The position numbers and the translations under genes were made by a program. 64,000 nt of DNA from Candidatus Latescibacterota bacterium (lineage in GTDB: Bacteria; Latescibacterota; UBA2968; UBA8231). The DNA lies in NCBI GenBank assembly GCA_965200315.1, contig OZ241362.1:288001-352000 (forward strand), written 5' to 3'. Positions 50,340 through 60,285 of this stretch are shown piece after piece. Each line of letters opens with the position of its first letter. Within the stretch, counting starts at the first letter, position 1. The notes under the pieces are model-generated. The model was not told the DNA's origin. It saw only the letters and a program-made list of their open reading frames with translations, and did no database searches.

Positions 50340-52232
50340 ATGCTCTGGGCGATCCTAATCGCCGCCCTCGGCGTGCGCTTAGCTTATCTCTACGAGGCGG
50401 TTGATACGCCGCTCTTCGACGTCCTCCTGATTGACTCCGAATTTTACGACCGTCGCGCCCGGGCCATTATCGCGGGCGATTGGCTGGGCGACCAGCCCTT
50501 CTTTATGAATCCGTTTTACTCCTACTTCTTGGCCGTCATTTACTCGCTTTTTGGTGCTGAATACTGGTGGGTTGGCTTGGTGCAGGCGGCACTGGGGACG
50601 GGCAGTTGCTATTTGATCTACGCACTGGGCCGGAAATTGTGGAGAGCGCAAATTGGCTTGTTGGCCGCTGGCATGGCGGCGATCTATCAGCCGTATGTGT
50701 TCTACGACGGGGCACTGCTGACCGCTGCGCCGATCACCTTTTTGAATCTCGCGGCCCTGTATTGCTTGGCGCACGCGCAAGGTGCAGCGCGCTGGCTGTT
50801 GGCTGCGGGCCTGCTGTTGGGGCTTTCGGCTACGGCGCGGCCCATGGTCTTGCTATTTGTCGCGGTGGTCGCGGGCTGGTTTGTTGCACAGTGGGGACGG
50901 CGCGGGTTGCGGCCGTGGGGGTTGGTGGCTGTGGGCTGTGGCCTCGTAGTGGGGGCGGTGGCTTGCCGTAACTATCTCGTCGGAGGGGAATGGCTGCTGA
51001 CCACGTCCTCAGCCGGGATGAATTTCTACGTGGGCAATCATCCCGAGGCCAACGGCATCTACGCGCAGGTCGATTTCCTGCCTAGCGCCGAGCCGGACTT
51101 GGAGCGCGAAGCGTTTATCCGCGAGGCCGAGGCGCGCACGGGCGAGGAACTGACCCCGGCTCAAGCCTCCAGATTTTGGCTGATGGCTGGCTTGCGCTTT
51201 GCCGTGGAAAATCCCCTCGCGTATCTGGCGTTACAAGGCCGCAAACTCTACATGTTCTGGAACGGAGTCGAGGCACAAAACAACCTGAGTCTGTATTTGG
51301 CGCGGGACTTTGTGCCCCTGTTGCACTGGTGCGTTCTGGGGTGGGGGATAGTGGCTCCGCTGGCGGTCCTGGGCTGGGCCACTAGTCGCCGCTCGTTATT
51401 GCTCGACCTGTATCTGGCGAGCTATCTGGCTGCGTGTCTGCTGTTTTTCACGTCCTCGGAATACCGCCTGCCCGTCGCGCCGGTGATTCTGCTCTACGCC
51501 GCTTGCTGGCTTGCCAAGGTCGTGGCTTGGGCAACGGACGGGGCGTATCGTCGGCTGCTGGGGTCGTGCCTGTTGGTGGCCTTAGTCGCGCTGCCGATTA
51601 ATTATCGGGACGCCGGAGCCGAGCGGTTGACCCGCAAACGCGTTGATTACTACAACTTCGGTGCCTTGTACCAACGCCGTGGGGATTGGGTGGCGGCCGA
51701 GAACATGTTCCGCGAGGCCCTGCGCATTGACCCGTCATTTGCTCCCGCCGCCTCTGGTCTAGCGGCCGTGTTGGCACAGCAAGAAGGCGGCGACCCGGCC
51801 ATCAGACGTGGGTTAGAGCTCTTCGGCGCGGGGGAATACGAGGCGGCGATTGCAGCCTTTAGCCGCGCCCAGCCCTCGCCCGGCCTGCACAACAACCTCG
51901 GCCTGTGCTATTATCGCCTTGGTCAATGGAGCGAGGCCGCCGCGCACTTCCACAAGGCCCTCGCGCTCGACGCTAGCTACGCCCGAGCGCATTTTAATCT
52001 CGGCTTGGTGTATGCCAAGCAGGGCGATGACCAAGCTGCGGCGGATGCCTTTGCCCAAGCACTCGAACTTGACCCCAACCACGCCCAAGCGCACTATCGG
52101 CGCGGAGAAGTGCTGTTGCGCTTGGGGCGTTCCGGCGCAGCAGAAGCCCACTGGGCTTTTTTGCGTACGCGCAATCCCGACGATGCGCGCTTGCAGGTGA
52201 AAATCGATTCCATGACGCAGGCTACCCCTTGA
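50340..52232 (+). CDS. GT39/PMT-like membrane glycosyltransferase with C-terminal TPR repeats
   Basis: IDSEFY, P.YSYFL, ARP, NFYVGN, YRLP; TPRs such as HNNLG and HFNLG. Confidence 0.8.
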   Translation: MLWAILIAALGVRLAYLYEAVDTPLFDVLLIDSEFYDRRARAIIAGDWLGDQPFFMNPFYSYFLAVIYSLFGAEYWWVGLVQAALGTGSCYLIYALGRKLWRAQIGLLAAGMAAIYQPYVFYDGALLTAAPITFLNLAALYCLAHAQGAARWLLAAGLLLGLSATARPMVLLFVAVVAGWFVAQWGRRGLRPWGLVAVGCGLVVGAVACRNYLVGGEWLLTTSSAGMNFYVGNHPEANGIYAQVDFLPSAEPDLEREAFIREAEARTGEELTPAQASRFWLMAGLRFAVENPLAYLALQGRKLYMFWNGVEAQNNLSLYLARDFVPLLHWCVLGWGIVAPLAVLGWATSRRSLLLDLYLASYLAACLLFFTSSEYRLPVAPVILLYAACWLAKVVAWATDGAYRRLLGSCLLVALVALPINYRDAGAERLTRKRVDYYNFGALYQRRGDWVAAENMFREALRIDPSFAPAASGLAAVLAQQEGGDPAIRRGLELFGAGEYEAAIAAFSRAQPSPGLHNNLGLCYYRLGQWSEAAAHFHKALALDASYARAHFNLGLVYAKQGDDQAAADAFAQALELDPNHAQAHYRRGEVLLRLGRSGAAEAHWAFLRTRNPDDARLQVKIDSMTQATP

Positions 52233-54370
52233 AAGCTACTCTTTGCGTACGCGGTGCCCGGGCGGGCGGTTTGGCCAATGTCGATATGGACTTGCCGTTG
52301 GGCCGGATCATTTGCTTTACCGGCCGCAGTAGCAGTGGTCGCCGCGCCATGGCCTTGGACATTCTGTACGCGGAGAGCCGCCGGCGCTACATGCAGGCCC
52401 TGTCTCCGGCCGAACGAGAAAGCGTCAGTGGGACAGCGCGCGCCGATGTGGAAGAAATTTCGGGCTTGCCACCGGCCATTTACTTGGGGCTTCGACCTGA
52501 GCTCAGCCGAAGGGCACCGCGACGCGGGCGCACGGTGGGGGACTACTTGCAGCTAGACGGGATTTTGGCGCAGATCATGCTGGAAGAGGGACAGATGCAC
52601 TGCCTCGAATGCGGCGGCCGCTGTCGCAGCTATGCGGCCGATGAGGTTGAGTGCGAGGTCGCCCGCGTCTATCCAGACACCCGCTGTTTGGTGTTGGCTC
52701 CGTTGGCTCTGCGGAACGAGGGAATGTGGCAACAACTCGTGCAGGCTGGATTTACGCGGGTCGCAATCGATGGCCAGATCCAGCGGTTGGAAGGCGACGG
52801 CCCGGCACTGCCGAGCGGCGAAAGCGAAGTACACGTCGTGGTGGATCGCTTAGTGCCAGACCCGAATGCCAGCGTGCGCTTTTTGGAAGCCGTGCGCGTG
52901 AGCCGCTCTATTTCCTCGGGGCAGACGGTGGTTTGGGTAGATGGGACCAGCGAGAGGATGCACTTGAACCAGCAGCCAACTTGCGGCGAATGCGGTCGCC
53001 AGTACGAGCCGCTAGCTGCGGCTGACTTCGGCACCGGCCAGTCTTTGGCCGGTCAGGTGACCCTACACGGTCGCACCATAGACGAACTAATGGACGCTTC
53101 CCTCGGCTCATTGCGCGATTGGCTGGATAGGGGCGAGGGACACGCGAAAGTAGAGACTGCGCTCGCCGCGATCTGTAGCTTGGGGCTGGGGCATCTACCG
53201 TTGAGCTGTCGGCTCGAATCGCTGGCGGCTGGCGAGTGGCAGCGATTGCAATTGGCGTCCTGCCTCAGCAGCGGTCTGACCGGTATCCTCTACATTTGGG
53301 AGGGATTGGGCAGCCAATTGTCAGGAGAAATGCTAGATGCGGCCGCAGCGGGTCTGCGCCGATTAGTCTCTGGTGGCAATACCGCGCTATTGTTGGATCA
53401 CGCGCCTGCACTCGTGGCGGTCGCGGACGAAGTCTGGTCGTTTGCAGGAGGGCAAGTGCAGGTAGGGGAGGCGGCTGAAATTGAGCGGGATGAAGCGGCT
53501 GAAAAACGGGTCGCCGAGCAAGTTAAGCCAGCGTTGGTCATTCGCGGGGACGGTGTGATCGGGCCGCTTGCCATCGAACTGCCGCACGGGAAGTTGACCT
53601 GCGTATGCGGGCCTTCCGGCAGCGGCAAGACCCGCCTGCTGCACGAAGTTTTGCTGCCGTTGCTCAAGGGGCGGTCCGTTGAGTACTCCGCTGTGGGCTT
53701 GCCCCGCAACAGCCGCGTTGTAACGGTAGAAGCCTCCAGCGGCAAGGCTACGGTTTTGGAGGGGCTGGGCCTTTTTGAGCGCGTCGCCGATTTATATGCC
53801 GCATCGCCCACTGCAACGGCGCGCGGCTGGGGCCGGGACGTCTTCTTGTTGAATCGACCGGGAGGCCGTTGTCCGAACTGCGAAGGCCGCGGCCAATGCT
53901 ACTTCGATTTGGAGTTCCTAGAGGATATAGCGCTGGTGTGCGACGCTTGCGAAGGCCGCAGGTACCGAGACGAAACCTGCGAGGTGACCTTGCGCGGCGC
54001 GAGCATCGCCGATGTGTTGGGCATGACCTTGGAACAGGCTTGTACCCACTTTGCCCGGCACGACCCCATCCGCCCACGCCTAAAGGCCGCCGTCGGCTGC
54101 GGCCTCGGCTATCTGCTTTTGGGGCAGGAGGTGCAGAAACTGGAGCGGGGGGAGTGGTTGCGGTTGCGGCTGGCGCTCGAATCGACGCGGGCCTCCCGGC
54201 GCACTTGGGTGCTGATCGACGACCCGGCCAGCGGCGATCATCGAGAAGACGTGCGCTTGATGATGGCGGCCTTGCGGGGATTGGTAGATCGAGGGGCCAC
54301 GGTGGTCGCTGCCGACCAGCATCTAACGGTAAAAGTAGCTGCGGATTGGGTGGTGAATTTGGAGCGGTAA
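52229..54370 (+). CDS. UvrA-like protein, short and degenerate
   Basis: VRGAR..L.NVD, LYAESRRRY, GRCPNCEG...CDACEGRRY, GLGYL.LGQ, ADWVVNL. Confidence 0.8.
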   Translation: MKATLCVRGARAGGLANVDMDLPLGRIICFTGRSSSGRRAMALDILYAESRRRYMQALSPAERESVSGTARADVEEISGLPPAIYLGLRPELSRRAPRRGRTVGDYLQLDGILAQIMLEEGQMHCLECGGRCRSYAADEVECEVARVYPDTRCLVLAPLALRNEGMWQQLVQAGFTRVAIDGQIQRLEGDGPALPSGESEVHVVVDRLVPDPNASVRFLEAVRVSRSISSGQTVVWVDGTSERMHLNQQPTCGECGRQYEPLAAADFGTGQSLAGQVTLHGRTIDELMDASLGSLRDWLDRGEGHAKVETALAAICSLGLGHLPLSCRLESLAAGEWQRLQLASCLSSGLTGILYIWEGLGSQLSGEMLDAAAAGLRRLVSGGNTALLLDHAPALVAVADEVWSFAGGQVQVGEAAEIERDEAAEKRVAEQVKPALVIRGDGVIGPLAIELPHGKLTCVCGPSGSGKTRLLHEVLLPLLKGRSVEYSAVGLPRNSRVVTVEASSGKATVLEGLGLFERVADLYAASPTATARGWGRDVFLLNRPGGRCPNCEGRGQCYFDLEFLEDIALVCDACEGRRYRDETCEVTLRGASIADVLGMTLEQACTHFARHDPIRPRLKAAVGCGLGYLLLGQEVQKLERGEWLRLRLALESTRASRRTWVLIDDPASGDHREDVRLMMAALRGLVDRGATVVAADQHLTVKVAADWVVNLER

Positions 54371-54501
54371 AAGGTCGTAACGTCGTTGCGACATATTACC
54401 TTGCGGGATGTATCACTCCTATCTATCTTAATTTTGCTATAGATGATCCAGTAAACTAGGTGAATAATGCGGTATTCAAGCCCCAAGAAAGGGGCTTTCC
54501 A

Positions 54502-54969
54502 ATGAAGGTCGTGCAGAAGTTACAAGAAGAGGCCATCGGCCATCTGGATTTGGACGGGTATGCCCTGTGCGAGCCGCAGGAGTCGGTGCTTGACGTACTC
54601 AAGAAAATGCGCCACCAACACGTCAGTGCCGCGCTGGTGGAAGAGGATGGCCGCTTGGTGGGGATTTTTACCGAGCGCGATGTGCTCACTAAGGTGACTG
54701 ACCAGCCGGCGACGTGGACGCGGGCGGTGGCCGAATTGATGACCTGCGATCCGCATAGCTTGGATGCCCAGCAGCCGATCAGCAGCGCCCTGCAGCTGAT
54801 GAACGCTGGGGACTATCGCAACGTGCCGATTGTGGATGAAGACGGCCGCATAAAGGGGAATTTGCCCCAACACGAGGTCATCCGCTTTCTCACCGATCAG
54901 TTTCCCGAAGACATCTACAATTTGCCACCGGATCCCGAGCGCATAGCTCGCACCAAAGAGGGTGCTTGA
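54502..54969 (+). CDS. CBS domain protein
   Basis: LVGIFTERD, YRNVPIVD. Confidence 0.88.
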   Translation: MKVVQKLQEEAIGHLDLDGYALCEPQESVLDVLKKMRHQHVSAALVEEDGRLVGIFTERDVLTKVTDQPATWTRAVAELMTCDPHSLDAQQPISSALQLMNAGDYRNVPIVDEDGRIKGNLPQHEVIRFLTDQFPEDIYNLPPDPERIARTKEGA

Positions 54970-55017
54970 GCATGCGTTGCGGATTGAGATTTTTTTCTTT
55001 TTAAGGAGGTCGTGTGC

Positions 55018-56886
55018 ATGGCCGAAATCGTGGCCCCATCGGCACCTAGGCGAGCGTACTCGCAAGAAGAGCGCCAATCTGTAGTTATCGCATTTTCCGG
55101 CGATTCGGGCGATGGGATGCAGCTAACCGGCGGTCAGTTTACCAATACTTCGGCCGTGATGGGCAACGACGTCAGTACCTTTCCCGACATTCCCGCTGAA
55201 ATCCGCGCCCCGGCCGGGACCATTCCCGGGCTGAGCGGCTATCAGGTCAACTTTGCCGCCAATGATCTCTACACGGCAGGCGATTCGCCCCAAGTGCTGG
55301 TGGCGATGAACCCGGCTGCGCTCAAAGCCAACTTGATCGATCTCGAGTCGGGCGGAACCATCATCGTCAATACCGATCCGTTCAACCGCAATGGCCTGCG
55401 CAAGGCCGGATACGAGAAAAACCCGCTCGAAGACGGCAGCCTCAGCGGCTACGACGTGCATCCGGTCCCCTTGACCACCCTGACCCGCAATGCCCTCGCC
55501 GACATCGAAGGCATGAGCAACCAAGCAAAGGACATGTGCAAGAATGCCTTTGTCTTGGGCTTGGTGTTCTGGATGTTCGACCGCCCGCTCGACTACACGC
55601 TCAAGTTCTACCAGACCAAGTTCGCCGGTCGGCCCGAGGTAGTTGAGGCCAATACGAGGGCCTTGAAAGCAGGCTACTACTACGGAGAAACAGCCGAGAC
55701 CTTTCAGACGCAGATCTCGGTGCCGAAACGGCAGATTGTCGAACCGGGAGTATACAAGCGGATCACTGGCAATGAGGCGCTTGTCTTGGGGCTAGTAACG
55801 GCCGCGCAAAAGGCCGGCAAACCGCTCTTTTACGGCTCGTATCCCATCACGCCGGCTAGTACCATCCTAGAGGGCTTGTCCGCGCTGAAGAACTTTGACG
55901 TGCGCACGTTCCAGGCCGAGGACGAAATCGCGGCCATGGGGTCGGTGATTGGCGCGTCTTTTGCCGGCAGCCTCGCGGCTACTGCCAGCAGTGGCCCGGG
56001 CATCGCGCTCAAGAGCGAGGGGATCAACTTGGCTGTAGTTATGGAACTGCCGCTGGTGGTCATTGACGTGCAGCGCGGCGGTCCTAGCACGGGCTTGCCC
56101 ACCAAGACCGAGCAGGCCGATTTGCTGGAGGTGCTCTACGGGCGCAACGGCGAAAGCCCGATCCCGGTCCTTGCTGCGGCCACCCCGGGCGAATGCTTCG
56201 ACATGGTCATCGAGGCCTTTCGCATTGCCATTCGCTACATGACGCCGGTTTTTCTGCTGTCTGACGGCTATGTGGCCAATAACTCCGAGCCGTGGAAAAT
56301 ACCAGACCCGGCTCTAATCGCGGCCATTGATGCCGAGCCGTACACCGATGCCGACGGCTACCAACCTTACATGCGCGACCCACAGACCTTGTCTAGGCCT
56401 TGGGTCGTGCCGGGGACGCCGGGAATGGAGCACCGGATCGGCGGCTTGGGCAAGCAGGATGTGACGGGTAATGTCTCCTACGCGCCTGCAGACCACGAGC
56501 GCATCGTCCGCGTCCGGGCCGACAAAATCCGCGGCATTGCCGATTTTATTCCCGAACTGGAAGTGACCGGCCCCGACCAAGGGGACCTGCTGGTCTTGGG
56601 TTGGGGAGGGACTTACGGTGCCATTCGCGCAGCCGTTGAGCAGGTGCAGGACGAGGGCCTCGACGTGGCCTACGCGCACCTGCGCTACTTGAATCCGTTT
56701 CCCCGCAATTTTGGCAATGTGCTCGGCCGCTACAAGCAAGTGTTGGTGCCCGAGCTAAACTTGGGCCAATTGGCCCTGTTGGTCCAAGCGCACTTTCCAG
56801 TGCGCGTCGTCAAGTTGAACAAGGTCCAAGGATGCCCTTTCCAAATTCGGGAAGTGGCCGACAAAATTCGCCAAGTGGTAAGCTAA
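55018..56886 (+). CDS. korA: 2-oxoacid:ferredoxin oxidoreductase alpha subunit
   Basis: GDSGDGMQ, YPITP, QAEDE, QRGGPSTGLPTK. Confidence 0.93.
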   Translation: MAEIVAPSAPRRAYSQEERQSVVIAFSGDSGDGMQLTGGQFTNTSAVMGNDVSTFPDIPAEIRAPAGTIPGLSGYQVNFAANDLYTAGDSPQVLVAMNPAALKANLIDLESGGTIIVNTDPFNRNGLRKAGYEKNPLEDGSLSGYDVHPVPLTTLTRNALADIEGMSNQAKDMCKNAFVLGLVFWMFDRPLDYTLKFYQTKFAGRPEVVEANTRALKAGYYYGETAETFQTQISVPKRQIVEPGVYKRITGNEALVLGLVTAAQKAGKPLFYGSYPITPASTILEGLSALKNFDVRTFQAEDEIAAMGSVIGASFAGSLAATASSGPGIALKSEGINLAVVMELPLVVIDVQRGGPSTGLPTKTEQADLLEVLYGRNGESPIPVLAAATPGECFDMVIEAFRIAIRYMTPVFLLSDGYVANNSEPWKIPDPALIAAIDAEPYTDADGYQPYMRDPQTLSRPWVVPGTPGMEHRIGGLGKQDVTGNVSYAPADHERIVRVRADKIRGIADFIPELEVTGPDQGDLLVLGWGGTYGAIRAAVEQVQDEGLDVAYAHLRYLNPFPRNFGNVLGRYKQVLVPELNLGQLALLVQAHFPVRVVKLNKVQGCPFQIREVADKIRQVVS

Positions 56887-56901
56887 AGTAGGGAGATCGA
56901 G

Positions 56902-57921
56902 ATGGCCGAAGCTGTTGTAGAAACTGGGCTGAGCCGCAAGGATTTCGTTTCTGACCAAGAGGTCCGCTGGTGCCCCGGGTGCGGCGACTACGCGATTTTG
57001 GCCCAAATGCAAAAGATATTGCCTGAAGTGGGAATCCCGCGGGAAAACATCGTCTTCGTCTCTGGGATCGGCTGCTCTAGCCGTTTTCCCTACTACATGA
57101 ATACGTACGGTGTGCATTCGATCCACGGGCGTGCGCCCACGATCGCCACGGGAATCAAGACGGCCAACCCGGATTTGAGCGTCTGGGTCATCACCGGCGA
57201 TGGCGATGGGCTGTCGATTGGGGGCAATCACCTCTTGCACAGCCTCCGGCGCAATGTCGATCTGAAGATCCTTCTGTTCAACAACCGCATCTACGGGCTT
57301 ACCAAGGGTCAGTACTCGCCGACCTCGCTGCTAGGGCACCGCACCACGTCCACCCCCATGGGGTCAATTGACTATCCGCTCAACCCCATATCCGTGGCGC
57401 TGAGTGCCGAAGCGACTTTTGTCGCCCGCACACAGGACACCAATACCAAGCACTTGAGCTATGTGCTCAGGCGAGCTGCTGAACATCAGGGAGCAGCCTT
57501 TGTCGAGATCTACCAAAACTGCGTTGTGCTCAACCCCACAGCTTGGGAGCACACCACAGATTCAGACGTGCGCGACGACAATATCGTGTTCTTAGAAGAG
57601 GGGGAGCCTCTCATCTTTGGCAGGGATCGGGACCGGGGCATCCGCATGAACGGTACCGAACCTGAGGTTGTCGCGCTCAGCGATGTGGCCCCAGATGAGT
57701 TGGTCGTGCATCGCGAAGGGCGCGAAAACGCCAGCTATGCCTATATGCTCAGTCGGATGGAGTACCCGTCGCGGCCGCTGCCCTTTGGTGTGCTGCGCGC
57801 CCTCGACCGGCCAACCTATACTGACTTACTGCTCGACCAAATCGACGCGATGGCCCAACAACGGGGTGCCGGCGACCTCGCGACTCTCTTCAACGCTGGC
57901 GATACTTGGGTCGTCGACTAG
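56902..57921 (+). CDS. korB: 2-oxoacid:ferredoxin oxidoreductase beta subunit
   Basis: WCPGCGD, SGIGCS, GDGD, YGLTKGQ. Confidence 0.93.
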   Translation: MAEAVVETGLSRKDFVSDQEVRWCPGCGDYAILAQMQKILPEVGIPRENIVFVSGIGCSSRFPYYMNTYGVHSIHGRAPTIATGIKTANPDLSVWVITGDGDGLSIGGNHLLHSLRRNVDLKILLFNNRIYGLTKGQYSPTSLLGHRTTSTPMGSIDYPLNPISVALSAEATFVARTQDTNTKHLSYVLRRAAEHQGAAFVEIYQNCVVLNPTAWEHTTDSDVRDDNIVFLEEGEPLIFGRDRDRGIRMNGTEPEVVALSDVAPDELVVHREGRENASYAYMLSRMEYPSRPLPFGVLRALDRPTYTDLLLDQIDAMAQQRGAGDLATLFNAGDTWVVD

Positions 57922-57936
57922 GAAAAGGAGGCCCGG

Positions 57937-58455
57937 GTGATTTGTCCTTCGTGCTCCCACGACAATATCGCTGGCGTCGATGCCTGCGAGGAGTGCGGCC
58001 AGAGCCTGAGCGAAGCGTACCAAAATTGGGGAAGCGGGGAGTACAAGGAAATTTTCACCGAGCCGCTTTCCGCGCTCAATCCGCAGGAGATGGTCTGCGT
58101 GTCGCCGACTACTTCGTTGGCCAAGGTCATCTCCTTGCTCAAGGAGCGGCACGTCGGTTGCGTGTTAATAACCGGCGAGAGCGGGCAGTTAATTGGCATA
58201 TTTACCGAGCGCGACGTCCTCTACCGGGTGGCGGGCTTGATCAGCAATTTGGAACAGATCGCGGTCGAGAGCCTAATGACGCCGCGACCCACCGCGCTCA
58301 AAGCCGATGCTGCCGTGCAGCACGCCTTGCATTTGATGAGTATCCACGGCTTTCGCCATGTGCCGCTATTGGACGATGACGACCGCCCGGTTGGCTTGGT
58401 CTCGTTTAGGTACATAGTCCGTTTTATCGAAGAGAATTTTTCCTCCGCAGCTTGA
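57937..58455 (+). CDS. zinc-ribbon + CBS domain protein
   Basis: CPSC...CEEC; IGIFTERD, FRHVPL. Confidence 0.85.
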   Translation: MICPSCSHDNIAGVDACEECGQSLSEAYQNWGSGEYKEIFTEPLSALNPQEMVCVSPTTSLAKVISLLKERHVGCVLITGESGQLIGIFTERDVLYRVAGLISNLEQIAVESLMTPRPTALKADAAVQHALHLMSIHGFRHVPLLDDDDRPVGLVSFRYIVRFIEENFSSAA

Positions 58456-58504
58456 GCGAGTTGGCCGTCGGGCTAGCTCCAGTTTTTTGAAAGGCGGTTG
58501 TGCT

Positions 58505-58987
58505 ATGTCCTTGAGCCGCAAGGCGATATGTTCGCTCCTCGCGTTGGTACTGTTGAGTCCCCTAGGGGTTAGAGCTGAACTAGACTGGGCCACCCTGAAC
58601 AGCACGCGCGAGGTCACCGAAGCCAAGTGGTTGCAGTTACAACTGTCCGTATTGGGGTTAAAACTGAGCTATCCGGCCTACCGCATTGACCTAAAGCTGA
58701 CCGAAGACTCGGCGATTGAATTTACCTTTGTCGCCAGTAGCGGGATGGCCAAGCATCTGACCGAAGAGCTGGGCAAAAGCGAAGCCGACGAGGTTATTTC
58801 CTACCACGCGCAGGGCATAAGCGATCAAGTAGAAACATTGATCCACGACGAGTTCCCGAACTTGTGGTCGAGCTTTGACCCCCGCCAAGATATTCGCGGG
58901 CAATTTCTCGGCCCAAGCGAGAAATGGAACGACCCACCGCGAGAAATTGGCACTTGGTTGGAAAACAAATTCTCTTGGGGGCGCTGA
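58505..58987 (+). CDS. exported hypothetical protein
   Basis: Signal peptide ending VRA. Confidence 0.65.
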   Translation: MSLSRKAICSLLALVLLSPLGVRAELDWATLNSTREVTEAKWLQLQLSVLGLKLSYPAYRIDLKLTEDSAIEFTFVASSGMAKHLTEELGKSEADEVISYHAQGISDQVETLIHDEFPNLWSSFDPRQDIRGQFLGPSEKWNDPPREIGTWLENKFSWGR

Positions 58988-58999
58988 GGGCCAGTGCCG

Positions 59000-59227
59000 T
59001 TATTCCGGGTCGCGGTGGGGCATTGCCCCGTGCGTTGATTCGTCGAGGGAGATGTCCTTGTCGATGACCGGCTCTTCGGTGGTAACGATCCAGCCGCGCA
59101 CCCGCCGACCGAAGACATTAATCTCCTTGCGCTGGGCGTCGACTACCTTGGACGAAGCGGTGTGCCGCTCTTTGTTGATACAAAAAAAAGTGTGCCGGCG
59201 CGTCGTGCCTTTTTCTTTTCCTTCCAT
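59000..59227 (-). CDS. small hypothetical protein
   Basis: ORF following hemE on the same strand. Confidence 0.45.
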   Translation of the reverse strand: MEGKEKGTTRRHTFFCINKERHTASSKVVDAQRKEINVFGRRVRGWIVTTEEPVIDKDISLDESTHGAMPHRDPE

Positions 59228-59249
59228 GCGTTCCATCCGCCGTACCCTC

Positions 59250-60281
59250 TCAAGTTTGCGCGAACTGGTGGACCACATCCACTAGCAGTTTGACCTTTTC
59301 ATAGGGCGTATCTGGATAGACGCCATGCCCCAAGTTGAAGATGTGGGGACGGCCTCGACCCTGCTTTAGAATGCGCTGAGCAGCCTTGGCAATGCTCGCC
59401 TCTGAGCCGTAGAGGGCGCAGGGGTCTAGATTGCCCTGTAACGGCATGGTATCTCCGAACAATTCGTAAGCTGCGTCGAGATCGATTCGCCAATCGAGGC
59501 TTAGGACGTGGGCACCGACGCGGCCAAAGCTGGGCAGATTTTGCGCCCCGGCAAGCGGGAAGTAAATGATTGGGGCATCCAGCGCGGCGAGGCTGCGGCA
59601 AACTCGCCGCACATAGGGCAGGGCGAATTCGTTGAACTGTGCCGGAGACAACAAACCGATGGAAGTGTCGAAAATCTGGACAGCTTGGGCACCGGCTTCG
59701 ATCTGAGCGCGCAAGAAGCGGCTGGCGAGCTCGGTGAGCAGGTCGAGCAGCCGATGGGCGAGGGCGGGGGCGCTGTGGAGCATGCGGCGAAAGGCGGGAA
59801 AGTCCTTGGCATGACTCCCTTCCACTAGCCAAGTGGCTAAAGTGAAAGGCCCGCCGGCATATCCGATGAGCGGAACCGCGGGGGGCAGGGTGTTGCGTAC
59901 AAGTCGCGCTGTTTCTAAGACGTAGGTGAGGTCGTCCTCGGGGATGGGGTTGCGGAGGTCGTCGATGTCAGCAGCGGAGCGGACCGGGCGGGCGAACACA
60001 GGGCCGGGTGCGTAGGTCAGCTCGCAGCCAAGCGCTTCTAAAGGCGTCACTAAATCGGTAAAGAGAATAGCCGCATCGACCCCGAGTAGCTCGACCGGCA
60101 TGAGGGTAATTTCAGCGGCGAGTTCGGGGGTTTTGAAAAGTTTGAGCAGAGAACCGTGACGCTGGCGCAACTCTCGGTACGGCTTGAGGATGCGGCCAGC
60201 TTGACGCATGATCCAGATGGGAGGCGTTGCCGGCGCTCGGCCCCGACAGGCTTGGAGGAAGGGGGCGGCTGAATCGGACAA
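59250..60281 (-). CDS. hemE: uroporphyrinogen decarboxylase
   Basis: PIWIMRQAGR, DAAILF.D, QGNLDP, FNLGHG. Confidence 0.96.
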   Translation of the reverse strand: MSDSAAPFLQACRGRAPATPPIWIMRQAGRILKPYRELRQRHGSLLKLFKTPELAAEITLMPVELLGVDAAILFTDLVTPLEALGCELTYAPGPVFARPVRSAADIDDLRNPIPEDDLTYVLETARLVRNTLPPAVPLIGYAGGPFTLATWLVEGSHAKDFPAFRRMLHSAPALAHRLLDLLTELASRFLRAQIEAGAQAVQIFDTSIGLLSPAQFNEFALPYVRRVCRSLAALDAPIIYFPLAGAQNLPSFGRVGAHVLSLDWRIDLDAAYELFGDTMPLQGNLDPCALYGSEASIAKAAQRILKQGRGRPHIFNLGHGVYPDTPYEKVKLLVDVVHQFAQT

Positions 60282-60285
60282 AGCG

